64,000 nucleotides of DNA from Hypanus sabinus (lineage: Eukaryota). The first letter of the stretch is position 1. Each line of letters begins with the position of its first letter. The stretch spans positions 24,738,001 to 24,802,000 of the forward strand of contig NC_082731.1 of assembly GCF_030144855.1 (NCBI RefSeq), written 5' to 3'. The position numbers and the translations under genes are program-made. Below, piece after piece: positions 13,708 to 26,093 of the stretch. The notes beneath the pieces are model-generated. The model did not search any database. It saw only the letters and a program-made list of their open reading frames with translations, and was not told the origin of the DNA.

Positions 13708-13881
13708 ATGTTCATTATCCTGAAACTTTCACGCACAAAACGTAAATTGGAAACAGCTCGGAAGAAATATACATCCGGTACAGCAACCAGCATAGGCGTC
13801 TCGGCCAAGTTCTGAGGAATAACGTACCACAGCAGTATAATGTTCCTCAATACAAACATTCTGACACCCGGAGAAGAAAAG

Positions 13882-14356
13882 TTGCATTTTCTCTTGAATA
13901 TCACGCTGTACCTCTGCTTTGTCGTGACTACCATTCACAATTTTCAGCACTATACAAGTTCAATATAAATCTGACAATGTAGATTCGGAATTTCATTCAG
14001 TCATTGTTTTAGACAGCCAGAGCTTTTCACATCTAATTACGCTTCTCGTCCCCATATTCTTTATTTCCAGTCTTCTTCACCCAGTACGTGAAACACAGCC
14101 CAGAGCAGTGACGACAAATGTATGTCAGTCACTCACTATCACATGCAGGTTCCATTCTCATCGGTGGAATAATATCTTAACGGCAGAATTCTTCAAACTG
14201 ACACATCCTAAAATTGGAATGGTGCGTATCTGCAGAGGAGGAAAATTTCTCACAAAGGAAAATAATGCAGAAATGACAATACCCTGAAAATTATAATTTG
14301 TGTACTTAAAGACAGCGCCACCTATAACAGTAAAATTGAATATAAATATGAAGATA
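13882..14356 (+). pseudogene. NTCRV: NAR-TCR V (IgNAR-like V) pseudogene, cassette 1: leader exon 13882-13923, V exon 14071-14356
   Basis: Leader (M>L)HFLLNITLYLCF, with ATG changed to TTG and a degraded donor gtgact. Acceptor tttccag. Exon reads FFTQYVKHSP/TTNVCQSLTITC...AEFFKLTHP...GGKF...TLKI...KDSATYNSKIEYKYED. It has frameshifts and the second canonical Cys is lost. Aligns throughout with cassette 2. Confidence 0.85.
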
Positions 14357-14398
14357 CACAGAGCTTGGAAAATGGATTCCCTCAAATACACAAATACT
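14357..14398 (+). other. Degenerate 23-type RSS of NAR-like V (cassette 1)
   Basis: CACAGAG at 14357-14363, then an off-length spacer (about 26 nt), then acaaatact. Confidence 0.6.
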
Positions 14399-14690
14399 TC
14401 CTGTACTCTATAACATAAACAGATTAAGCAGCAGTGTTAATCTGCTGGTACTTCAACGAGGAACTTCGCCTGTGTTCACTCTAGTATAGTTTATAATGGG
14501 ACTGGAAGTGTTCATTCTCTAGTTCCATTCCCTTGTGAATTCGCACGGTAGCAGAGAAAGATGTAGTGAACGGCAACCAATAATTCCCTCCCCATTCCCA
14601 ATCGTTTTCTTCAGTTGCGACGCTGTTCCGCTAGCATGGAAGCTGGAAAAGCAGTAAACAAGCCGCAATCGCCAGCCAATTCCAGTCGTG

Positions 14691-14760
14691 CGATTTGAAC
14701 CTGGCATACATCACTGTGGATTCTTGGTGGCACAAAACGAAGAGTACTCGGAGAACATTT
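14691..14760 (+). other. D segment of cassette 1 (gattcttggtgg, 14719-14730) with flanking RSS remnants
   Basis: cgatttgaa + 12 nt + CACTGTG (14712-14718) on the 5' side. CACAAAA (14731-14737) and a degraded nonamer on the 3' side. Same position as the clear D in cassette 2. Confidence 0.75.
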
Positions 14761-15065
14761 TTTGGCACCCATTAAGTATTTATTCTGGAATGGGAAAATA
14801 GAATCAAATGTCGGATTACTTTCACGTTGGGATCTGGTGAAATCGATTGTACTTCGCACCTTTCAGGAATTTTACTTCGACATTTGTCTCAGTTTAGGGA
14901 AGTAACGACGTGGAAATTATGATGCGGCAATTTTACAGAGTTTTCTTTTTCACAGGTAACCTCACAGGGATTTGTGGAACACCGAAAGTTGTTGTTTATG
15001 TTTTCAAAGTCTGGAATATGTGTACCCAGTCCAATAATGTGTGCTGATTAGACTGAATTGAGGAC

Positions 15066-15164
15066 GATGTGTTACCTGTGAAACTGATGTCGGATCAAGG
15101 TGTCACTCGTATATTTGCTATAACTATGGACCAGAGATAACCGCCACTGTCACAGTCGGTAAGT
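15066..15164 (+). pseudogene. NAR-TCR J segment of cassette 1 (coding about 15103-15158)
   Basis: Reads HSYICYNYGPEITATVTV followed by donor GTAAGT at 15159. Upstream heptamer degraded to caaggtg. Aligns with the cassette 2 J. Confidence 0.75.
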
Positions 15165-16382
15165 ATGTGAACAGACCAAATGTATAAAGCTGTTTCATCA
15201 AGTGCTTGCAAGGGCAGTTTTCCTGAAGATAATAACGTCGATTGAAGTTTCGTAAAAAGAAGCTATAAGGTTTAGCTTGACGAAAAATATCGTGGATATT
15301 TTGCCAGGCATGTCATCGTCTAAGGAAAGACACAATTAAAGTCAATGCATATACAGAGCGGCTACTTGTTTTGCTCGCGAGTGGTATTGAGGATAGCAGG
15401 AGAAATGCTGATTTTGGGTCTGCACATAGCGCTATCATGTTTGCTTGAACTTCACTGTGATGTTCTAAGTAGGGCAGGACTACAGAAACAGTACGTTCTG
15501 ATATTGAGAAAGTTAATCCGTATCATGTTCAAATTATACACGCAATCAGGCAGTGGAGACGCTCCGTTACGAATAAGTCGTGGAGACTGCGTGCGAAAAT
15601 TTCCTGATGACAGATGTAAACCATAAGCAGTAAAAGTACAACAAACAGTGTCAAGACAAAAAAGAAATCGAAAAGAATGAACTGGAAATAAAGTGGAGGA
15701 GAAACTGGCACAGCGAATAGGGAAACAAGAGAAAATCTTCAGATAATGGAAGCACAAGCAACACACCCACAATGTTCGACGTTCTTCCCCAGCCAGTTAA
15801 CAGTTGTAAATGTCCAGATGAAGTGTCTCTGCCCGAAATATAGCATATTTATTGTTTTCCATAGATGCTCCCTAGCCTTCTGTGTTCCGTCAGCATAATG
15901 GCTGTGTTACATCGAATGGTTAGGAAGTTTTACTTCGGGTGTACTATATTTAACAACGTGTATTGTTAGTCCCTCATCACAAACTTGGAAAATCACTCCC
16001 TTCTTATGGATCTTAATCTGGTAAATGCATGAGTAGCATATTTCTACAGAGCGTATCAATATTGTAAATATATATATTACATATATATCTTTCAATCAGT
16101 TTCCCCATTCATCTTTCCCTTGACTACATGAAAGAAAACAAATATAATTGTGCACTGTAGTGCAGGAGATGAACCTTCCGTCTGGGTGCTGGCATTGGGA
16201 GATTATTTCACAAAGATTTTGCATGTTAATTATTCATTCCCCTGAGATTTCACATTTTGCAGAAATTGCTTGTAGGAATTCCATTTGAAACCATCCAGTG
16301 TGAATCCTTCAGCTATTCCTATGAATGCCGTTCCAAGGAACGGCAATAAAGTAATAATGAGGCTTCTTTTAAATTCCTTCAG

Positions 16383-16711
16383 TTCCGAAATCCGTTGTGT
16401 CCAAGAGCCTGTCTCAACAATCTTCTTGTTCTGATCACGTCGACGATTGTTTTGGGTTTTGCACATACACGTTGCAGTATACCGGCAGCTCCAAGCTGAA
16501 TATCCAAAGCTTCTGATCCAGCTGATAACCTCGGAAGGTTATGATCAGGAAAATAATGCCGAAGGACTGTTCTTCGGTTCTATCTATCGTGACTAGAAAA
16601 TAGGCATCTTAATGATCTCGAAACCGCAAGTGAGCGACTCAGCTTTGTACCAATGTGCCATAAGTCAGAGAGCACAGTGATATACAGGAGGAAGCGAGAT
16701 ACTCAAAAATC
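16383..16711 (+). pseudogene. STCRDV: Leaderless supporting TCR-delta V pseudogene, cassette 1, with intact 23-RSS
   Basis: Acceptor ttccttcag. Reads ...FGFCTYTLQ/YRQLQAEYPKLLIQ...EGLFFGSIYRD*KIGILMISKPQVSDSALYQCAISQRA. CACAGTG (16673-16679) + 23 nt + TCAAAAATC (16703-16711). Has a frameshift at the FR2 Trp codon, a TAG at 16594 and an FR1 deletion. Confidence 0.9.
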
Positions 16712-18419
16712 TCAACGTGGTGAATCAAGCAGTCTTTCAAAAATACGTGCGAGCGCCAGTGCCACAGAGAAGAGATCGAGAATCCTGCACTAATCTCTGA
16801 GGTTTGAAGATCCCAATATTGAGTCCTCAGCTGAATCTATTTGTTTGTTTTTTGCGCCATCCACTGATCTCGAAACTCCTTTCTAAAAACATCCTGACAG
16901 CTTTAGCGTCTTTCATTTCTGAATGAGTTCTCCGTAAGCTGCAACTAGAAAAAATATATTGTGGTCAGCATTTGGTCCATGATGACAGAAAAGAAAAAAA
17001 AAACACTTTAAAAAAAAACGTCCCAACTGACATCATTATTTCGACACACACACAGACAACCCGTCACTATGACTAGGGACAGACTCATTCAGTCACATAC
17101 TGAAAGTGGAGTCTATTATTGCACACTCCAGATAATGTTGAGTTGCCCCACGAATGCCAAATCGAACAACGGTATATCCCAAGCTAAAATGTTAAAATAA
17201 ATGAAAATCAACATCCTATCATATGTACGGATATTTTATTAACGACCAATTGTTTCGGACAATTCGGACAAATTTCATTTCATAAATAAACTATCGAAAA
17301 ATTGAAGAACAAATGTGTCCCTTATTTTGCTTCTCTCCGAGATCATGGAAAAATGGATTTGCCTCTTTTGAATCTTCTGTATAGACCGATTGCTTGGCAT
17401 TTCCGTACGTTTTCTTGAAAGGTAAATATTATGCAACTATTACCAGGTGTTCAGGGTTCTGTTTTTTAATTGATATTGAGATGATATTAATATGGAGCAA
17501 AGCGTACTAAATGGCTATAGAACCCCAATCCGTCTGTGCATTCAAAAATATTAAACCCCCTGGTCACTTTCTATAACGAGATGCTACTGATAAATTTTCA
17601 AAACGAAATTAAGTGTTTCGTTCATTTCCCAAGTATATTGACAGGGTTTTTCAGCGCCTGATGAACCTCGTTCCTGAACATCTCCTGAGTCATGGTGTAA
17701 ATGGTCGTTAGTTTATTTGGTGGTCAGCAGCTGATTGACGAGCAACCATCTCTCTAGAAAAGTTGACACTCTGTTTCCCAAATCATGTGCAGGAGTATTA
17801 AGTGTTTTTTCTAGGCAACATACTGTCCATAACATGAAAAAAGCACAATATTTTGGGGAAAAAAAAAAACTATTGGTCGTATGAAAGAATACAACGATGG
17901 GCTATCTGCCGTTCGCCATTTGATGTAACATAAAGCAAAGAAAATCAAACAGGAAAGCACACTGCGGACTCTTCATCACATGTTCCTCAGCCTGCTAATT
18001 TAAAGAAACTAAACTATCGAGGCAAACACTCCCTCATGCAGCGACAATAGACCCGAAATTATGGTCGACATTATAGCTCTATCGTAGTATGTTTCTGAAA
18101 TATCATCCTGAATCTTCTACCATCTCCAGAATAGATATCCAGCCACCCACAAGTCAATGTGTAAAAATAAAGAAATCACTTCCTCTGATATCTGTGCTAA
18201 ATTTCCGTCCAGTCACCATAAACGGAACAATTGTTGTGTTTGTTTGGACCGCCGTAGGGAGCAGGAAACAACTTTCAATGATCTTGATAATCTTACACAT
18301 TTCTATTATGTTGACGGTTGACCGGTGCCAGTCCAAATGCAAAAGCTGTAGTTTACTCAGAAGTTCCACTTAAGGCATTGTCTCGTCTATAAGGTCTCAC
18401 GGTAACTATACTGAGCCCT

Positions 18420-18670
18420 CTCACTCAACCTTCGTCATTCTGCGCGTAAGGAGATGGAAGAAATCAGCAGTACTATCAGAACGTTTGGTAACCGGATCTT
18501 TTAGAGTTACAGGATCTTCTGACGTCTTTTAAAATCAATATCCTGTCAAATCAAAGGCAGAACACCATACCATTTCTTAAATACATTTGCGGGGCAGCAA
18601 TGATATAGTTACTGACGTGGAATCCGAGATTCCTCTGTACCTCTGCACCACTGAGAATCCTCCCAATAGC
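18420..18670 (+). pseudogene. Possible decayed V relic
   Basis: LTQPSS at 18420, a W-stop-like tggtaaccg, and TDVESEIPLYLCTTE at 18611-18655 (cf. xDVExEDSAxYxC). No convincing RSS. Confidence 0.3.
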
Positions 18671-20939
18671 GTTATACTCAGACTTTAAGTGCGATCTTTT
18701 AATGCTCGTTATTTCACTTTCTTTTTCGCTTTGAAATAATTTGTCATTTTCAACCCACCTCTACATCCTGTCTATACTTTTCTACTTTCACATTCAAGGC
18801 CTTAGACAAATGACAAAGTAATTTTTAGCGTCACAAAGAGTGAGGACCCGAAACAGTTACCCAAGGGAGAATTCTAAATCGTTAAAGCAGGGCATTATAA
18901 CTTCCATCAAATACCGCACTATGTCTGTTCTCTTCCAATGTCCCGTCGATTCTATGCCTGGTCACCTTCGCGATAAACTCCACAGGGCTTCCTGCGTCCT
19001 TTTGTTCTCCGCACGGTTGCATCTCTGCGCTTCTGATGACCTCTGCAGCTACAGACTGCTTCTGTCAATGAATGATAAATCAGTAAAAACACATAGAACG
19101 GCACATTGACGGTTAAGACCTCTCCAAATATTCACGCCCGACGTTTCCTTCAATACGTAGAAACTTTTGAACTCAGCAGAAAATAAGTATTAAATTGGAA
19201 CATAAACAACCTTCCAAAGTTCAGAATTTCTACGCAAACCTCACGTGCTAATCCCCTCAGCCCTCAATATTTATCGAATATATCTATATATTAACAATTT
19301 GTGTTTGTGAGGGTGCCTCTCGATCCAATAAAAATGATATAGTATGTCAAAGCATGTTTTGGAGGCATGTGCAGGATCTGACACTGAGGCCACGGGAGAA
19401 GAACTGATCTATGTGACCTCTCGACATTGGCTCTGTCACTCGAACTTAGTCTATTTATTATAAAACCTCAACTATATTCTCCTTGCTTCTCCCTCTAAAA
19501 TGTAACATACTTATGATTGAAGAATATATTTATCGCTGCTTGAAATGTATCGTAAATATGCTCCACAATAGTCTGTGGTAAGGAATAAAACACATTCGCA
19601 GTCTACAAATAAGTTTCCACTTTAATATGAGGGACGTCACTTTGTCTGAAGGTTTATCTCTCTGAAACTCCACTTTGTCCGCTGCTGGAAGTATCCTCCG
19701 CTCGACCTGTGTGCTCAGTCTATTTTACGTGCGTTATGTTAAAATAAAATTAGCATCAGGGTTCTACTTCAAGAAGCCATTAAATGCTCCACATACGAGA
19801 AGTCTTTCACCCCCGTGGACATCTCATGTGACCACACTTTTCCCCCTTCAAAATCAGCGCAACTGATCTCATTCACCAAACTTCATCAAATCTCGCTCAT
19901 TACAAAAAAATAAACACCAACAACAACAACAAATCCAGGATTTTTTTTTCCCTAACCATCACAACCACAACGTATACAATTAACATTAGGAAAAACATTC
20001 CAGTTCCATTGAATTGACTGTTATACTTCTATCATATTATGATCACTGTTTCATATATTTTAATTTACTACACAATGAAGATCCTTAATCTATTCTGGTA
20101 GATTTCGAAACATCTTGCCACTAGACCAAGTACACAGAAATAATCCATTAGTTCGCTTGACGTTTACTCTAAAAGTCTGTACTCTATTACTTTGGAGTGC
20201 AGATGTAGAGCAGTATATGTTCTGAAATCAATACCGTGATGATCGGAACGCTGTTGGATTCTGCGAACGATAGATACAACGAATTAGCATAATATGATGC
20301 TCAAATGACACTAATGCCGAGTGGACAATATTCAAGGCTCTTAATGAGCTGATCCCTTCCAGATTCATAATTCGCAATTTCGTCCATAACATTCCATTTT
20401 TAAGCATGCAGCTATATACAACAGGTGCCATGCAGCATCTTTCTTCCAGGTCGTTCTGCTTCCTACATCAGTCAACTCCCCATCTTTTTCTTTCATCTCT
20501 TCCCCTCCCCTCCAAGCTTCCACTATAGTCTGTTCATTCTCTCTGCTCCTCCTTACCATGCAAACATACTTATGAGCTTATTTTTTTTTTATTCTTTATT
20601 CCTGCTGAAGGAGTAAAGAAAAACCGACTCAGTTTTGTTTGAGTGAATTTTTGAGTTTAGGTCATTCACACTTAAGAAATGGTTTAGGCCACCAGTCTTC
20701 TGTTCTGTTTGACAAAGTATTGTGGATTGAGTTCAAAACTATTTTTCAGAGTGCCAGTACAAATGGAAAACAGAACACACGTTGCTTTTTTACTACTTGA
20801 AGAAAACATCACTTACCAAAAATGACCCAGTTTATTCCGCGAATTCGCTGCACGTACGTAACTGTGCAAATTCCTCGAGTGCGGAGTCTATTGCATTGAG
20901 AGGCAGGATGGAGCCATAAATCACAATGGAGCGAATCGA

Positions 20940-21201
20940 CAGTTCTGCATTCAAATCAGTTTTACGAAAGATAGCCGACAGCGGATCATTGATGTTCTTG
21001 TCCCTGATTACGCTCTTTCCAGTAACATGACTCAGATACTTCAGAGTGTAACAGTGGTTCGGTAAGGAAAAAAAGGGTTTGGAGTGTTTCACTGTACCTT
21101 CAAACGTGATGTATGTTGCAAAACAAGAACATTTTTAACGATCAATATTACTGTCCCAAGGACCTGAATCCCGAACCCACGCGATTATACCAGACACTAG
21201 C
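20940..21201 (+). pseudogene. Decayed IgH-type V relic
   Basis: VPDYALSSNM (CDR1-like), WFGKEKKGLECF at 21055-21090 (cf. WVRQxPGKGLEW), and NKNIF...DLNPEPT (cf. KNIFSL...LKPEDTA). Followed by heptamer-like CACTAGC with no nonamer. Confidence 0.4.
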
Positions 21202-21789
21202 ATCTTCCGGGCTCACATAACACATGAAGGTACACTGCTCCATCACAAGGGATTCCTCAGCAGAAGTGACATAAGAAAAGAGGAGTGAGATGAAGCTCTC
21301 AATACCTGCAGCTCAGAGAAGTCAATGTGATGACCCGTATGTCAATAACTCAATAGACCAGGAAACCCTCAGTCGAAAAACTCGCTCAGGTTTCGTTGGT
21401 TTATTTTAATTCCGCTCTCCATCCAATACAATTTATAGTCCGGCTACTGCATTTTACCAAAGTCAAAAGCAGGTCAGATGCGGGTGGGACAGCCACATAA
21501 TGATTAGAAATTGCATGTGCATCGCAGGTCAAATTGACGTCTGGACGTAAATTACAACGGCTTGAAAGAAAAAAAAAACAGTGTGAAGATATCATGCTGC
21601 GACAACTTAATTGACACAGTATAGTCCAGAAGGCATGGAACGAAAATGCGTAGAATATATCAATGCAAATCCGTAGAAGTATGTGACATAGGATAGGAAT
21701 ATGTTGAATCATTGGTTCGGTTAAGAAACTACAGGACAGAAACGAATTTAATCGTTGTTTTTATATGGAACTCTGAACAGTGGCTGGGC

Positions 21790-24340
21790 GATAGTCCACC
21801 CAATTGCAATTGGAAATAGAAATGCCCTCTCAAATAGTCAGCGATATGATAGCTTTTGACATTTTAATATACAGTTCGATTAGGAAAATCAGGTTGGTAA
21901 GGGAATTCAAGAGAGTGAGTTTCTTGAATGCATGAGAGACGGCTTTTTAAAGCAGTTTGTCCTTGAGACCTCCAGGGGATCTGTTATACTGAAGCTGATG
22001 TTACGTAATGAACTTAAGGCGATTAGCGAGCTTAAGGTAAAAGGATCAATATGAACCAGTGACCACAAGATAATTGGATTCAACTTGAAATTTGATACAG
22101 AGAAATTAAAGTCTGCCATTGCAGTGTTTTCCTGGAATACGGGAAGATACAGTTGCCTGGAAGAGGAGTTGGCAAAGTAAAGTGGAAGGAGCTGCTGGCA
22201 GGAATGTCAGCAGAACGGCAATGTCGTGTGTTCCTGGCTGGAAAGAGGAAGGTGCAGGGCAACTGCATTTCAAAAATGAAGAAATACTCAACTGGCAAAA
22301 CAGTACAACAGTTGCTGACAATCGATGTCGATGCTAATGTCAAAATAAAACAGAGTGTGTACAGCAAAGCAAAACTGATTGGGAAGATGTACGATTGGGA
22401 TAGTTTTATTAACTAGATAGAATATCTAGAAGATTCGTTAGAAGCGAAAGGATGAAATATGAACGCAAGCAGGCAGAAAATATTGTTCCTTTTACCTTAA
22501 GCTCCCTAATCGTCTTCAGTTCATTACGTAACATCAATTCCAGTATAAATGATCCCCCCAATGGGCTCCACTACAAAATGCTCTAACAAACCGTCTCTCA
22601 TGCATTCAAGAATATTAAATTGGGTAATTAAAGCATTTAGAGGCATGTTAAAAAAAAGAGATATGAGACTGGATACAGGGCGGCTAGAAAATGAGGAGGG
22701 GGAAATAATAACGGAGTAAGGAGATAGCCAAAGAATTAAATGAATATTTTGCCCAACTTTCACAGTGGAAGACAGGGGCAGTGTGTCAGATTGTGAAGTG
22801 TGTGATGCAAAGGTAGTGAATGCAGTATTAATACCAAAGAGAATTTGCACAAAATACTGAAAGATCTAAATAACATGTTAACTGGAACAGATGAGTTGAG
22901 TTCTAAAAGAGGTACCGTTAGAGACTGTTTTGGCATTAGCACTGCTCAAGCAATCATAATTGGTTTCTGGCTTTGCAAGATGAGTGTAAAAATGAAAATA
23001 TCACCACATCTTTAAGTGAAAGAAGGACCAGTTAACCTGACTTTAGTTTTTTCGAAGGTGTTAGAAAGAATTGTCAAGGCTGAGGTGATGGGGAACTTGA
23101 TGGCATAGGGAAGATAGGACAAAGACAGCATTGTTTCCTTACTGGAATATATTGCCTGACACACCTGTTGTAATTATTTTACGTGATTAGAAGTAGGACA
23201 GATACGGTGGATGTTGTGGATGTTGTACATTTGTACTTTCAGAAGGCCTTTGACAAGTTGCGACGCATGACGCTGCTTACCAATTTAAGTGAGGATGGTG
23301 CTACAGCATATTTACGAACATGGTTAGAGCATTAGCTATTTTTAGGAGCCAGTGAGTGCGAACAAAAGGAGAATTTTCTGACAGGGTGCCAGAGACGAGT
23401 GGTGTTCTGCAGGGTTCGGTTTTGAGACCACTAATTTTCATGATTTGAATGATGGAATAGATGGCTTTGAAGCAGACATTAAAGATGATACGATTGGCAT
23501 GTAGTTTTGTAGAATGGAAAGCATAAAGAAGTACTTATACTGATTAGCAGAATGGGGAAAAAAGTGTCAAATGAAAGATAATGTTGGTAAATCCATGGTA
23601 ATGTACTTTAGTAATAGAATTAAATGTTCGGAAAATTATCTGAAAAGGGGAGGAATTCAAAAAATCACAGATGCAAAAGCACTTAGAAGCATTTGTGCAG
23701 AACACCCTGAGTTGGAAGCGAAATGCAAACCTATCATTCATTTCAAGGTATAGAATACAAGAAAAGGGATGTGATGCAGAGGCTTTATAAGACACTTCTG
23801 AGGCCTCACCATGAGAATTATGCCCGGTTTTGAGCTCCCGACCATAAAAAAAAATGTGCTGATATTGCAGAGGGTCCAGAGGACGTACTGAGGGATGATT
23901 CCAGGAGCGAAGGGGTCATCATTTGAAACATCTTTGATGGCTCTGGCTCCAGAATGGCTCGAATTTAGAAAGACGAGGGGGGATCTAATGTGAACATTAT
24001 AATTATTCAAAGGCCCTGCAGAGTAGATGTGGAAGGGATGTTTCCCTCAGAGGGAGAGTCCAGGACCACTGGACTCAGCAGTAGGATAAAGGGGCGTCCA
24101 TTCAATGTAGAGATTCGGAGAAAATTCATTAGGGAGAGGGTGGTGAACTTGTGGAATTTGTTGCCATATTTAGCTGTGCAGATAAGATCGTTTTGTTCAT
24201 TTGAAGCAGACATTGATAGGTTCTTGATTAGACATGACATGAAAGGTTATGGCAGAAGGCTGGAAAATGGGGTTAAGGAGGAATATAAACAAAAACTGGA
24301 TCAGCCAGAATTTAGTTGCAGTACAGCCTGTTCGCTTATC
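21790..24340 (+). mobile_element. Decayed CR1 LINE ORF2 (endonuclease-RT) with 3' end
   Basis: EFLECMRDGFLKQFV-like region, KAFDK remnant (cagaaggcctttgacaag), and ORF 23990-24406 RVDVEGMFPSEGESRTTGLSSRIKGRPF...RVVNLWNLLP. Confidence 0.85.
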
Positions 24341-24588
24341 GTTTGTTCTGATTGTTTTATCCAGAGTAAATACCATCTATATTATGAACCGTTTATTCTA
24401 CTTTAGCCTCTGAAGCGGTTAGGGAAAAAAAAAAAGCCACAACCGGTAACAACTAGGATAATCCGAGAAGTAACTGCTTCCGAATCTCGCTGAGTGCACT
24501 TTCTTACAGTCATAATCATTGTTTTAACATTTCAGTTTCCATATTCTCTGTACATATTAATGGAATTGAACATCCAGAGACAGTTGCA

Positions 24589-24688
24589 CGTGTGCACGCG
24601 CACCCACACACGCACACACACTCGCAACATACAGTACACAAACACAAGCAATCACACACACACACAAACATGTGTGTTTGTGTGTGTG

Positions 24689-24746
<58 letters not shown>
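24589..24746. repeat. Compound CA/TG repeat with 15-bp inverted arms followed by (AT)27
   Basis: acacacacacaaaca (24656-24670), loop tgtg, tgtttgtgtgtgtgt (24675-24689). (AT)n spans 24693-24746. Confidence 0.9.
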
Positions 24747-24748
<2 letters not shown>

Positions 24749-25439
24749 CAAACATTGCAATCCATAATTACAAAAATACACGCGACAGTTTCGATCTGAT
24801 GTTGTGTTCTTGTTTCAGCCAGCCATCAAGCAATTAGTTACTCACTCCTTCTCCTTGAATTCAAACCCGACAGAGGCTGATAGGGAACGGAGAGTGTCAA
24901 TGTGAGTGACAGAGAAAATGAGAGTGATATTGTAAGCATGGGTTAAAATGTCAGAAAAAAGAGACAGGCAGGTTGATTCGTTTCATTATGATATTACCCT
25001 GTATGAATTCCTTGAATATTTACTGAAGTATGGATGCAAATTGATCCGTGCACTCTGTTTTAATCAGCAGTATCTAAATACTCTGAGTCAATAAAGACTG
25101 CTATATACCGATCATCATAATCCATGAACAATATTTCTAAGTAAGGAGTACAGACAATGTACTCGGAGAGGTACAGAAGTACATTGGTAAAACTACTTGT
25201 TGTATTAGGCACAGCTGGCTGAGTTTATTAAGAGCTGTCTTTGTTGATATTATTATCTGGACAGTGAAAGTATTTCGGTGAAATTATCCAGACAACATTC
25301 TTTGTTTATTGCACGCATTATATCTCATATAGACTAGAAAACTTGCACAACACTGAGGAGATGTTTCTCACACACATCATTTTTTTTTTCTCTCGACTCT
25401 TAATTCTGCAAACCTATTGATAGCCCTGTGAACTGGCAT

Positions 25440-25850
25440 GACACACAACCATCTTTGCCCCACTCTGCACCGATTATCGTCTCCTAAACAGAAAAGTCCA
25501 TACCCCAAGCCTACACAGAGAACTGACAAACGACTTGCAACTCCTGTATGTTACATGGACGACTGTATTGGTGTTGCTTCATGTACCCTTGCAGACCTCG
25601 TCAATTTCATCAACTGTGCCTTCAAGTTCCACAACGTCCAACAAATTACTTTGTCCATTTCTGACACCTTGATCGGCGTTACCAATTACTTTGACTCAAT
25701 CCCTGGAGACATCTGGAGGCTGTGTTCTGATACATTTACAAACTAGTGACACTCACAGTTATCTTGATGTGTATTCTTTCCCATTGGCACTGGTAGATTC
25801 TGCCGTTTCCTTTTTGCATCTCCCCCGTCTTTTCGTATTTATTCATGGGA
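25440..25850 (+). mobile_element. Penelope-like element RT fragment upstream of NAR-TCR cassette 2
   Basis: ORF 25438-25746 CYMDDCIGVASCTLADLVNFINCAFKFH...ITLSISDT matches the Penelope RT YIDD region. TSDTHSYLD follows. Confidence 0.75.
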
Positions 25851-25894
25851 GCCCTATTGGATTCGAACAGGCAGGGAGGAGCTTACAAATAACT

Positions 25895-25916
25895 CGTTGA
25901 AACAGAACCACAGCTA
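25895..25916 (+). promoter_or_regulatory. Conserved 22-nt upstream motif (copy 2) containing a RUNX-type AACCACA core
   Basis: cgttgaaacagaaccacagcta, about 180 nt upstream of the ATG at 26094. 21/22 identical to the cassette 1 copy. Confidence 0.45.
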
Positions 25917-26093
25917 TTGCACACTAAACCTGACGCTTCTTCGCAGAAAAGTTAATTCGGAAACAGGGAGGCAATTGAAAATAACCCTACGACATAAACC
26001 GGCGCATGTCTCTCTGCCCAGTTCAGCTGAAAAACCTACCAAACTATTCTAGGTGTCTGTAATATATACCATCTGCACCTCGGAGACGAAGCG

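Noticed and set aside
17099-17128. TESGVYYCTL, a V-like motif after cassette 1 (aligned position in cassette 2 reads DSGGDYFIL)
   Set aside because: No upstream V framework, acceptor or RSS, and the Cys is not kept in the second copy. Treated as part of the conserved non-coding block.
20090-20270. YSGRF...gcagtatatgttctg followed by taccgtg
   Set aside because: Too degenerate, with no Cys and no nonamer.
24494-24799. ORFs with IYIYIY and THTH runs
   Set aside because: They are translations of the (AT)n and (CA)n microsatellites.
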